Assembly: GCA_963845515.1 (NCBI GenBank)
Contig: CAWJSR010000006.1
Span: forward strand, 64,001-128,000
Direction of reading: 5' to 3'
DNA: 64,000 nucleotides
From: an uncultured delta proteobacterium
GTDB lineage: Bacteria > Myxococcota > Myxococcia > Myxococcales > Anaeromyxobacteraceae
The notes below the pieces were generated by a model. The model searched no databases. It saw only the letters and a program-made list of their open reading frames with translations, and was not told the DNA's origin. Every line of letters starts with the position of its first letter. Position 1 is the first letter of the stretch. Positions 10,686 through 21,306 of the stretch are shown here, one piece after another. The translations under genes and the position numbers were made by a program.

Positions 10686-10802
10686 GACGCCATTATGGAT
10701 CGAGCGGTTCGATAGAGGCGAGCGGCTCCCCCTTTCGCGCACGTTCCCAGTCGTCGGCCAGTTCCGCGCGCCACGGAACATCTTCCCGGCCATCCTGCCG
10801 GA

Positions 10803-10867
10803 GGCCTCCGTCGTGCGTTGCGCCCCCTCCACGAGGATCGCTTGCGCGCGAGAAGCGGCTCATCACG
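10803..10867. repeat. Left inverted arm of HNH element copy 1
   Basis: ggcctccgtcgtgcgttgcgc...cgaggatcg...cgcgc.agaagcggctcatcacg pairs with 12371-12434. Confidence 0.85.
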
Positions 10868-11073
10868 CGGGGCCCTCCCCCGCGCGTCCGCTGAGTCGTC
10901 CACCGGTCTCGCCCGCCGCCGCGCTGCGCCGCGGTTGCCGGTCCCTGATGGGTTTCACTCAGAGAGGACTTGACACGAGCCTCGCCGAATCGCGCGCTCA
11001 GTGGAGGCCGCCATCGGAAACGCGCGCCAGAACGCGCCTGGTGACCTACAGGCTTCGCGGAGAGGTTGCGTGC

Positions 11074-11162
11074 GGAGGCAGAAGGCCCCGCCACGGAAGA
11101 CGCGCCAGCGGCTGAATGCGTGCGTTTACGGAGGGTGTGAGTTCGCATGAGACACTTCATGC
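11074..11162 (+). promoter_or_regulatory. Conserved 89-nt upstream leader/promoter block of the HNH gene (copy 1)
   Basis: Aligns to 54980-55068 at identical distance from ATG: ggaggcagaaggccc, cggaa, gaat.cg.gcgttt, acggagggt, tgagac-N7-gcATG. Confidence 0.65.
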
Positions 11163-12276
11163 ATGGACACCTCACGTGAGCTCGCCTCTCGACTCGCCTT
11201 CCTGCTCCGCCGCGAGCAGGGGGCGATGGCCGACTTCCTCATCGCCCTCGCCGACTTCGATCGCCGCCGGCTGTGGCTCGGGCTGGGCTACACCAGCCTC
11301 TTCTACTTCCTCCACCGCGAGCTGAAGCTCTCCGCCGGCGCGGCGTTCCACCGCAAGAGCGCGGCCGAGCTCCTTCAACGCTTCCCGGAGGTGGTCGAGC
11401 CGCTCAGGGACGGGCGGCTCTGCCTTTCGAGTGTGGTCGAGCTTCTCCAGGGTGATCACGCCGGAGAACGTGGCGGAGGTCCTGCCCCGGTTCTTCCACG
11501 CGTCGAAGCAGGAAGCGAAGGCCGTGGCGGCCGAGCTTGCGCCGCGAGAGCTCCTCCCGCAGCGAGTGGTGGTGACCGCAGTGGCGCAGGCGCAGGCACA
11601 GGCAGCGGCGAGCCTTCCGACGGCGCTACCGCCGGCGCCAAGTGCGGCGGCGCTCAGCAGGTCGTTTCACCTGGATGAAACGCGCGCGCTTCCCGCCTCC
11701 GAGGCCGCGCCGGCGATGCCGCCCGCCCCAAGTCCGTCTACCCCTCGCTCCACCATGGAGCCCCTGACGGCCGACCTTCGCCGGCTGCACGTCACGGTGT
11801 CGAAGAAGTTCCTCGAGAAGGTGGAGGCGGCGGGGGACGCGCTCTCGCACTCACATCCGGGGGCTGACCTGGAGGCCATCCTGGAGGAGGGGCTCGACCT
11901 CGTCATCGAACGGGCGGCCAAGCGGAGGGGGATGGTGAAGCGGCCCCGCCCTCAGCGGCTCCCCGCCACGGTGGTCGAGAAGGGAACGGAGAATCCGCGG
12001 GGCATTCCGGCGGCCGTGAAGCGGGAGGTCTGGCTCCGCGACGGCGGGCGCTGCCAGTGGCCGACGTCTGATGGGAGCGTCTGCGGCTCGACCCACCGCG
12101 TCCAATTCGACCACGTCGTCCCGGTGGCGCACGGAGGGAGGTCCACCGTCGGTAATCTCCGCCTCGCATGTTCCCAGCACAATGATCTCGCCGCGCGCCA
12201 GGTGTTCGGCGACGCGTGGATGGACCAGTTCACCCGCGGCGCCCGGCTAGCGCCGCTCCCCGGCGCTCCGGAATGA
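11163..12276 (+). CDS. HNH endonuclease with N-terminal DUF222-like helical domain (copy 1), frameshift near 11445
   Basis: N-terminus in ORF 11163 (LGYTSLFYFLHRELKLS); C-terminus in ORF 11431 with RDGGRC..C...QFDHVVP...GG...NLRLACSQHN. Confidence 0.85.
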
Positions 12277-12370
12277 AGGAGGGGCGCTTCGACGACGCGA
12301 CCGGTGAGGGCGGGGCGATCGTCGAGCTGCTGTGCGGGCTCGTGACGGCGCCGCACCGACGAGCCCTCCC

Positions 12371-12434
12371 CGTGATGAGCCGCTTCTGGCGCGGTGACGA
12401 TCCTCGCGCGGCCGCGCGACGCGTGACGGAGGCC
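12371..12434. repeat. Right inverted arm of HNH element copy 1
   Basis: Reverse complement of 10803-10867; core 12376-12403 is 25/28 identical to 56267-56294. Confidence 0.85.
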
Positions 12435-12458
12435 GACGGTCCGCCGGCCGTCCGCCCC

Positions 12459-14095
12459 TCACACCAGCGCCAGCAGCACCTGCACCAGCAGGATCTTGGC
12501 GATCGTCGCGACCGGGTAGACCGCCGCGTAGCCGAGGTGCGGGATCTCGTTCTTCGTCTGCTCCACGGCGAAGCCGAGGACGGCGGGCTGCGTGTGGATG
12601 CCGGCGACCATGCCGATGGCGAGGCTCAGCGGGATGCCGAGCAGCCGGTGGGCCGCCCAGAGCCCCACGAAGGCGGTCGTGAAGGTGATGGCCGCGCCGG
12701 CGGCGAAGAGGAGCGCGCCTCCTCCGCTCGCGAAGGTCTGCAGGAAGCCCTGCCCCGCGCGCGTGCCGATGCCGGCGAGGAAGAGGACGAGCCCGATCTG
12801 GCGCAGCGTCGTGTTGGCGCCCCACGGGAGGTTCCACAGCAGCGGCCCGGTCCGCTCGATGGTCCCGAGGACGAGCGCCACCATGAGCGGTCCGCCGGCG
12901 AAGCCGAGCGACACGTGCGCGCCGCCCGGGAGGGGGATGGGGAGGGCGCCGAGCAGGAGGCCGAGCGCGAGCCCGAGCCCGAAGGTGAGCACGTCCACCT
13001 CGCTCGCGGCGCGGTACGAGTCGCCGAAGAAGGCGCCCACCTCGGCGAGGCGGCGCACCGGCGCGAGGATCCGGACGCGGTCCCCCATCTCCAGCTTCAT
13101 GTCGTCGGACGGGAGCAGCTCCACGTCCCCGCGCCGCACCCGCGTGACCACCGCGTCGAAGCGGCGTTCGAGGTCGAGCTCGCGCAGCGGCCGCGCCGCC
13201 ACCTCCGCGTTCGAGACGAAGACCCGCCGCAGGTCGAACTCGCTCCGATCGAGGTCGATCCCCTCGTCGATGGTCTCGCCCAGCCGCGCGGCGACGCGCG
13301 CCAGCTCGCTCGCGGTGCCGACGACGGTCACGAGGTCCGCCTCGGCGCAGCCTGGTCTCGTGCGTCACGAGCCCCGTGACCCCGTCGCGCTGGAGCCTCC
13401 CGAAGATGACGCGCCAGCGCAGCCCCCTGACCAGCTCCTCCACCGCGAGCGCCCCGACGTCCTGCGTTGACGCGGATGGTGATGTTGGCGAGCGGCTCGT
13501 TCGCCGCCCCCAGCTCGGCGAGCTGCGCCCCCTCGCCCGAGAGGTCGGCCCGGAAGACCCGCAGCCCGAGGAGGACGGCCAGGATCACGCCGACGACCCC
13601 CATCGGGTAGGCGACGGAGTAGGCGACGACCGGCGACGACAGCATGGCGCCGAAGCCCATCTGCTTGAGGGTCTCGATGGCCGCCGCGAGCGCCGGCGTG
13701 TTGGTCAGGCTCCCGGCGAAGAGGCCGGAGGCGACGGAGGCGTCGAGCCCGAGCACCTTCGCGAGCGCGAACGTGAGCGCGGTGGCGAAGACGAGCACCC
13801 CCACCGCCATCGCCCCCTGCCGAAGCCCATCCCGCCGCAGCGCGGCGACGAAGGCCCGGCCGTTCGCGAGCCCCACCGTGTAGACGAAGATGGCGAGGCC
13901 GAGCATGTAGACGATCTCGGGGAGGGCCAGCCGGGGGTCGAGCGCGCCCGCACCCAGCCCGACGAACAGTACGGCCGCGACGCCCAGGCTGGAGCCGCGC
14001 ACCCGTAGCTGGCCTATCGGGTAGCCGATGGCGGCGACCAGGAAGAGCAGGACGAGCGGGTTGGCCGCGAGGAAGCCGAGGATGGAGGAGCCCAT
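12459..14095 (-). CDS. Aspartate:alanine exchanger (YidE/YbjL) family transporter with TrkA-C domains, frameshifted near 13350-13470
   Basis: GLFAGSLTNTPALAAA and AYSVAYPMGVVG in the N-half; GMVAGIHTQPAVL and YAAVYPVA in the C-half. Confidence 0.85.
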
Positions 14096-14262
14096 TACGG
14101 CCCGCGTCGCGCGGGCCGGACCATCGTAGACCCCCGTCACCGGCGCTGCGACCGGGTGCACCGCACGGCCCCTCCTGAGTCGCGACCACCCAGGGTCGGG
14201 CGCGACGCCGGGACGCGCCTTGTCCACGGGCGAAAGAATGACGATCTTCGTGCGAAGTACAG

Positions 14263-14278
14263 TGGCGCAACCTATGCA
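14263..14278 (+). promoter_or_regulatory. Possible sigma54 (-24/-12) promoter
   Basis: TGGCGCAACCTATGCA has GG-N10-GC spacing and lies just upstream of a small ORF. Confidence 0.45.
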
Positions 14279-14285
14279 GAACCGC

Positions 14286-14525
14286 ATGACGATGGCACCC
14301 GACACCTACCGGCCGAACGTTCGCCGTCGCTCCGACGGCATCGTGCAGATCCACGTGCTCCGCGCCCCGGCCTTCTCGCTCGGGGCGCTTCGGACGCTCG
14401 GGCTCGGGGCGGTGGGCGTGTCGCTCCTCGCGGCTACGCTCCTGGCGACCCCGTTCTGGCTCGCCTGGAACGCGCGTCACACGGCTCAGGGACGCGGCGT
14501 TGCATCGCATATGCTGGGTAAGTGA
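14286..14525 (+). CDS. Small hypothetical membrane protein
   Basis: One hydrophobic helix; overlaps the next gene (GTGA); start uncertain. Confidence 0.5.
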   Translation: MTMAPDTYRPNVRRRSDGIVQIHVLRAPAFSLGALRTLGLGAVGVSLLAATLLATPFWLAWNARHTAQGRGVASHMLGK

Positions 14526-14953
14526 CCGGCGGCGTTCCAGAAGAGCTGAGGCACCTCCCCGCTTTCCACTACGCCCTCGCCGCGTTCACCGCGGTCGTGA
14601 CGGCGCTGGGAGCCCTCCCCATCGCGGCCGGGTGGCAGGCGCTCGGCCGCTCGGCCCTCTTCGCAGAGGCGAACGCGGAGGCCGGGCTCGCTCCACCATC
14701 CTTCGGTGGCTGGCTCTTCCTGGTCGGCGGTGCGCTCGCCATCCTGCTCGGGACGTCCCTGGCCGCTGGTTTGTTCGTGGCCGGTCGGTCAATCGCGCGA
14801 CGCCGGCGTCATACCCTGTGCGTGACCGTCGCGATGGCGGCGACCTTCTTCTTCCCGCTCGGGACCCTCCTCGGGTTCCACACCATCAACTGCCTGTCCA
14901 CGCCGGCGGCGCTGAGGGCGTTCGGGCTGGAACCGGGCCCCCCGGCTCGCTAG
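14522..14953 (+). CDS. Hypothetical membrane protein
   Basis: Several TM helices with an FPLGTLLG motif. Confidence 0.65.
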   Translation: MTGGVPEELRHLPAFHYALAAFTAVVTALGALPIAAGWQALGRSALFAEANAEAGLAPPSFGGWLFLVGGALAILLGTSLAAGLFVAGRSIARRRRHTLCVTVAMAATFFFPLGTLLGFHTINCLSTPAALRAFGLEPGPPAR

Positions 14954-14965
14954 CATGCCCCGCCC

Positions 14966-16220
14966 ATGGCCAACACCCTCCCCGCCGAGGCGCCCGCGAA
15001 GGGCGCCGGCTCCGTCCTCAGCGCCGCCGTCATCGTCGCGGCGCTCGGCTACTTCGTCGACATCTACGACCTGATCCTCGTCTCCATCGTGAGGAAGCCC
15101 AGCCTCGCCGCGCTGGGCGTGCCGGCGGACCAGCTCCTCACCGAGGGCTTCTCGATCCTCAACTGGCAGATGGGCGGGATGCTCATGGGCGGGATCCTCT
15201 TCGGGATCCTCGGAGACAAGAAGGGGCGGCTCCAGATCCTCTTCGGCTCCATCACGCTCTACTCGCTCGCCACGATCGCCAACGGCTTCGTCCAGGACCT
15301 GACGACGTACAAGCTCCTGCGCGTCGTCGCCGGGTTCGGCCTCGCCGGAGAGCTCGGCGCCGGCATAACGCTCGTCTCGGAGCTGCTGCCGGCGAAGCTG
15401 CGCGGCTACGGGACCATGATCGTGGCGTCGGTCGGCGTCTCCGGGGCCGTGGTCGGGAACCTCGTGGCGAAGCTCCTGGACTGGCGCTGGGCCTTCTGGG
15501 TCGGCGGGATCATGGGGCTCATGCTCCTCGTCCTGCGGATCCGGGTCCACGAGTCGGGGATGTTCGCCAACGTGAAGGCGTCGGGGGTCAAGCGGGGTGA
15601 CTTCTTCTCCCTCTTCACCAGATGGGAGCGCTTCACCCGCTTCCTGGCCTCGATCCTGATCGCGGTGCCGATCTGGGTCGCCAACGCCATCCTCGTCCTG
15701 GGGTCGCCGGAGTTCGCCCAGATGCTCGGCGTCACCGGCCCGATCTCCGCGGGCGACGCCGTGATGCTCTTCTACGGCGGCCTCGTCGTGGGCGACGTGT
15801 CGAGCGGCGTCCTCTCGCAGGTGATCGGGAGCCGCAAGAAGGTGGTGGTGTCCTTCCTCTCGATGCTGGTCGTCTCCTACGGGCTCTACTTCCTGCTCGG
15901 CCGCGGGGCGTCGCCGGCGCGCTTCCTCGGCGCTCGTGGGGCTGCTCGGCGTGACGAGCGGCTACTGGGCGATCTTCGCGACCGTCGCCGCCGAGCAGTT
16001 CGGCACCAACATCCGCGCCACGGTCGCGACGACGGTCCCCAACTTCGTGCGGGGGCTGGTGGTGGCGGTGACGCTCAGCTTCGCGTGGCTCAAGCCCAGC
16101 CTCGGCCTCGCCGGCGCCGCGCTGGCCGTCGGGGCCTTCTGGTTCGTGCTCGCCTTCTGGGGCGCGCTGCGGCTGCGCGAGACCTTCGGCGTGAACCTCG
16201 ACTACGTCGAGGCGGACTGA
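14966..16220 (+). CDS. MFS transporter, frameshift near 15930
   Basis: AALGYFVDIYDL, GILGDKKGR and GLAGELGAGITLVSE; C-terminal AEQFGTNIRAT in ORF 15936..16220. Confidence 0.9.
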
Positions 16221-16223
16221 CCG

Positions 16224-16742
16224 ATGTCCATGTACGTGGTCGACGTCGAGTCGGACGGCCCGTGCCCGGGCAAGCACTCGATGGTCTCCTTCGGCGCGGT
16301 GCGCGTCGATCCGTCGCTCTCCGTCACGTTCCGCGGCCGCGTGCGCCCCGTCTCGGAGGTCTGGGTGCCGGAGGCGCTCGCCATCTCCGGCGTCACCCGC
16401 GCCGAGCACCTGGGCTACGACGAGCCGGCGGCGGTGATGGAGGCCTTCGAGCGCTGGGTGCTCGAGACGTCGAAGGGGAAGCCGGTCTTCTTCTCCGACA
16501 ACCTCGCCTTCGACTGGCAGTTCATCAACTACTACTTCCACCAGCAGCTCGGCCGGAACCCGTTCGGCTGGAGCGGCCGGCGAATCGGCGACCTCTACTG
16601 CGGCATGGTGAAGGACGGCTTCGCGACCTGGAAGCACCTCCGGAAGACGGCCCACGACCACGATCCGGTCAACGACGCGAAGGGGAACGCCGAGGCGATC
16701 CTCGCGCTGGTCGAGATGGGGCTGAAGCTCCCGCTGCGGTAG
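16224..16742 (+). CDS. DEDDh 3'-5' exonuclease family protein
   Basis: VDVESDGP, DNLAFDWQF and HDPVNDA motifs. Confidence 0.8.
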   Translation: MSMYVVDVESDGPCPGKHSMVSFGAVRVDPSLSVTFRGRVRPVSEVWVPEALAISGVTRAEHLGYDEPAAVMEAFERWVLETSKGKPVFFSDNLAFDWQFINYYFHQQLGRNPFGWSGRRIGDLYCGMVKDGFATWKHLRKTAHDHDPVNDAKGNAEAILALVEMGLKLPLR

Positions 16743-16755
16743 AGTCCGCGCCGCG

Positions 16756-17355
16756 ATGATCCCGTTCACGCAGGGCGCGGCCCTCGGCCTCTCAGGAGCG
16801 CTGTCTCCCGGGCCGCTGCAGGCCTACATGCTCGCGCAGGCGGCGAGGCGCGGCCCGTGGCGGACGCTCCCGATCGCGCTCGTCCCGCTGGTCACCGACC
16901 CGATCATCATCGCGACCGTGCTCGCCGTCCTCTCGCGGGTTCCGGCGTCCTTCCTGCGGGCGCTGCACGTCGGGGGTGGGCTCTTCGTGATCTGGCTCGG
17001 GATCAGCGGCCTGCTGGCGCTGCGCCGCCCCGCCGGCGCCCCCCCGGCGCACGAGCCGCCGGTCGGCTTCGTCCGGGCAGCCTTCGTCAACCTCACCAAC
17101 CCGAACGCCTGGATCTGGTGGAGCGTCGCCGGCGGAGCGTCGCTCACCACCGCGTGGAGGGCGTCGCCCGCGCAGGGGTTGGCCTACCTGGGTGGCTTCT
17201 ACTCATGCCTGGTCGGAGGCAACGCACTCCTCATCGTCCTCTTCGGCGAGGTCGGGAGGCTCGGCCCGCGGGCCGCGCGCGTCCTGACCGCCGTCTCGGC
17301 CGGCCTGCTCCTCCTCTTCGGCACCTTCCAGCTCGTGAAGGGGATCGCCGGCTAG
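16756..17355 (+). CDS. LysE family translocator
   Basis: LSPGPL and NLTNPNAWIWW motifs; six TM segments. Confidence 0.85.
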   Translation: MIPFTQGAALGLSGALSPGPLQAYMLAQAARRGPWRTLPIALVPLVTDPIIIATVLAVLSRVPASFLRALHVGGGLFVIWLGISGLLALRRPAGAPPAHEPPVGFVRAAFVNLTNPNAWIWWSVAGGASLTTAWRASPAQGLAYLGGFYSCLVGGNALLIVLFGEVGRLGPRAARVLTAVSAGLLLLFGTFQLVKGIAG

Positions 17356-17357
17356 CC

Positions 17358-18170
17358 ATGGCTCCGACCCTCACCGTCGTCACCGTCTGCCGCAACGACC
17401 GCCCGGGGCTGGAGCGGACGCTCGCGTCCATCCGCGCGCAGACCTGGCGCGACTTCGAGGTGGAGCTGGTCGACGGCGCCTCCACCGACGGCACCGCCGA
17501 CTACGTCCGGGGGCTCTCCGAGCCGTGGCTGCGGGCGACCTCCGAGCCGGACGCCGGGATCTTCGACGCGCAGAACAGGGGCTGGCGCCGGGCGCGCGGG
17601 ACCTGGTGCCTCTTCCTGAACGCCGGCGACGCGCTCGCCGCACCCGACGCGCTCTCGCGGGTGTTCCAGGCGAGCCCCACCGAGGACCTCGTCGTCTGCG
17701 ACCTGCTGCGCGAGTGGCCGACGCGCACGCGGCTGCTGCGCTTCCCCGATCGGATCGGGCTCGCCTACCTCCTGAAGGGCGCGCTCCCGCACCCGTCGAC
17801 GCTGATCCGGCGCGACCTCATCGACCGGGTGGGACCCTACGACGCGTCCCTCCGGATCGCGGCCGACCACGACTTCTTCTTCCGGGCGCTCGTCGTCGCG
17901 GGCGTCAGCGTTCGCCACCTGGCGATCCCGCTCTCCATCTACGCGATGGGCGGGATCTCCTCGAACCCGAAGACGGACGCCGTCAAGCGGGTGGAGCGCG
18001 AAGGCATCCTGAGGCGCTACCTTCCTCCGCTCGTCGTGGAGTACGTGGAGGAGCAGCGTGCGCTACGGGAGCGGCGGCTCTCCCGCCGGGCACGCGCCCT
18101 CCTCCGCCCCTTCGGGCGGGCGCTGCGCGGTCTCTCGCGGAGGCTGCGCGGGCTCCCCGTCGAGGGCTAG
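17358..18170 (+). CDS. Glycosyltransferase family 2 (WcaE-like)
   Basis: TVVTVCRN, VDGASTDGT, SEPDAGIFDAQNRG and FLNAGD. Confidence 0.9.
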   Translation: MAPTLTVVTVCRNDRPGLERTLASIRAQTWRDFEVELVDGASTDGTADYVRGLSEPWLRATSEPDAGIFDAQNRGWRRARGTWCLFLNAGDALAAPDALSRVFQASPTEDLVVCDLLREWPTRTRLLRFPDRIGLAYLLKGALPHPSTLIRRDLIDRVGPYDASLRIAADHDFFFRALVVAGVSVRHLAIPLSIYAMGGISSNPKTDAVKRVEREGILRRYLPPLVVEYVEEQRALRERRLSRRARALLRPFGRALRGLSRRLRGLPVEG

Positions 18171-18224
18171 GGCGCCGGCCGCCACCTTCCGGTGTGCGCC
18201 GTACCGCGGTAGAACCCCGGCGTC

Positions 18225-19352
18225 ATGGCTCGCACCACCCTCCGCCGCGTGAAGCGGCTCGTCGTCAAGGTCGGCACCGGCACCCTCACCGACGCCACGG
18301 GCCACTTCGATCGCGAGAACTGCGCCCGGCTGGGCCGGGAGCTGGCCGAGGCGTCCCGAGGCCGGAAGCTCGTCCTCGTCACCTCCGGCGCCATCGCGCT
18401 AGGAGCGGAGCAGCTCGGGCTGGTCCGGTCGAAGGGTCGGCCGTGGGACATCCCCACCAAGCAGGCCTGCGCCGCGGTCGGCCAGCCCCACCTCATGGCC
18501 GCCTGGGGCGAGGCCTTCGCGCCACACGGGCTCAAGGTCGCGCAGCTCCTCCTCACCGCCGACGACGTGGCCAACCGGAAGCGCTTCCTGAACGCCCGCA
18601 GGACGTTCGAGCGGCTGTTCGAGGCGGGCGTCGTCCCGGTCGTGAACGAGAACGACACGGTGGTGGTCGACGAGATCAAGGTCGGGGAGAACGACACGCT
18701 GGCCGCGCTCGTCGCGGGCTGCGTCGAGGCGAGCCTCGTCGCGATGCTCACCGACGTGGAGGGGCTTTACGACCGGGACCCATCCAGGCCGGGCGCGCGG
18801 CTCCTGGCCGACGTCGCGAAGGTCACCGCCGAGGTCGAGCGGGTCGCCGGCGGCGCAGGCTCGCTCCAGTCGACGGGCGGAATGGCCACGAAGGTGCGCG
18901 CGGCGAAGCGGCTCGCCGCCCAGGGGGTGGTGACGGCGCTCCTCTCGGGACGGCGCAAGGGGGCGCTCGCGGCGCTCCTCGCGGGGGAGAACGTCGGGAC
19001 GGTCTTCGCCGGCGAGGCGGAGCGGCTCACCTCGCGCAAGGGCTGGCTCGCCGCCGCCGCCAGGGGGAAGGGGATCATCCTCGTCGACGCCGGCGCGAAG
19101 CGCGCGCTGGTCGAGGGCGGGAAGAGCCTGCTCCCCTCTGGCGTGAAGGCGGTCGAGGGGGCGTTCGGCGTCGGCGACCCGGTGGACGTCGCCGTCGACC
19201 CCGCCCGCCCGTTCGCCCGCGGCCTGGCCGGGTACGGTGCCGACGAGGTCAGGAGGATCGCGGGGCTCAAGACGAGCGAGATCGAGCGCGCGCTCGGGTA
19301 TAAGTACCTCGACGAGGTCGTCCACCGGGACGACATGGTCCTGCTGGACTGA
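18225..19352 (+). CDS. proB: Glutamate 5-kinase
   Basis: VVKVGT, VTSGAI, VNENDTV, TGGMATK and C-terminal PUA domain. Confidence 0.95.
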   Translation: MARTTLRRVKRLVVKVGTGTLTDATGHFDRENCARLGRELAEASRGRKLVLVTSGAIALGAEQLGLVRSKGRPWDIPTKQACAAVGQPHLMAAWGEAFAPHGLKVAQLLLTADDVANRKRFLNARRTFERLFEAGVVPVVNENDTVVVDEIKVGENDTLAALVAGCVEASLVAMLTDVEGLYDRDPSRPGARLLADVAKVTAEVERVAGGAGSLQSTGGMATKVRAAKRLAAQGVVTALLSGRRKGALAALLAGENVGTVFAGEAERLTSRKGWLAAAARGKGIILVDAGAKRALVEGGKSLLPSGVKAVEGAFGVGDPVDVAVDPARPFARGLAGYGADEVRRIAGLKTSEIERALGYKYLDEVVHRDDMVLLD

Positions 19353-19370
19353 GAGCGGAGCCCTCCCCGA

Positions 19371-20660
<1,290 letters not shown>

Positions 20661-20673
20661 GGCGAGGAGAACG

Positions 20674-21291
20674 ATGGCGACGAAGAAGAAGGCACCGACG
20701 AGGAAGTCGTTCGTTAAGAAGGGGCCTGCCAAGGGGCCGTTCGTGAAGAAGGGGCCGGCCAAGAAGGGGCCGGCGAAGAAGGGGCCGAGGAGCGGGAGCC
20801 CCAAGGGCGTCTTCAAGGGCGGCTACAAGAAGGGGCCCGCCAAGGGAATCCCTGCCGGGCGCAAGACGCCGGGCGGGAAGGGGCCGGTCCGCAAGGCAAC
20901 CGCGCCCAGGGCGGCGCCGCGTCCGGCGCCCGCGGCGGACCGTCCGGATGCGAGCCGCCCGCTGGCGCTCGCCATCGCGAAGGCCGGCCTGGACAAGAAG
21001 GCCGAGGACGTCCTGCTGCTCGACGTCCGCGGGCTCACGAGCTACGCCGACTACTTCGTGGTGATGACCGCCGACAGCGACCGGCAGGCCGGCGCCATCG
21101 CCGACCACGTCGAGAGCGAGATGAAGGACGCGGGCGTCACCAAGGTCGGCGTCGAGGGGTACGAGACCGGCCGCTGGATCCTCGTCGACTACGGGGACGT
21201 GGTCGCGCACGTCATGAACAAGGAGGCCCGCGAGTTCTACGACATCGAGGGGCTCTGGGCCGACGCGCCGCGCACGAAGATCGCGGATTGA
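20674..21291 (+). CDS. rsfS: Ribosome silencing factor RsfS with Lys/Pro-rich N-terminal extension
   Basis: DKKAEDV...ADYFVV...WILVDYGDVVAHVM...REFYDIEGLW; N-terminal KKGPA repeats. Confidence 0.9.
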   Translation: MATKKKAPTRKSFVKKGPAKGPFVKKGPAKKGPAKKGPRSGSPKGVFKGGYKKGPAKGIPAGRKTPGGKGPVRKATAPRAAPRPAPAADRPDASRPLALAIAKAGLDKKAEDVLLLDVRGLTSYADYFVVMTADSDRQAGAIADHVESEMKDAGVTKVGVEGYETGRWILVDYGDVVAHVMNKEAREFYDIEGLWADAPRTKIAD

Positions 21292-21306
21292 ACGCAGGCG
21301 CGCGCG

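Larger units (their letters stand above)
10803..12434 (+). mobile_element. Putative HNH-only element, copy 1 (1632 bp), bounded by ~65-nt imperfect inverted arms
   Basis: Left arm 10803-10867 is the imperfect reverse complement of right arm 12371-12434 (49 Watson-Crick plus 3 G-T pairs by hand count). It encloses one HNH gene, and its flanks are homologous to copy 2. Confidence 0.7.

Noticed and set aside
11163..12276. HNH protein as IscB, Cas9 or a group II intron protein
   Set aside because: No RuvC motifs, PLMP start, RT motifs or CRISPR array are recognisable.
10801..12436. GA dinucleotide on both sides of the HNH element as a target-site duplication
   Set aside because: A 2-bp match is expected by chance about 1 in 16 and cannot be confirmed in copy 2.
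20700..20890. aagaaggggccg repeats as a CRISPR-like array
   Set aside because: In-frame coding repeats for KKGP units, with no unique spacers of regular length and no cas genes.
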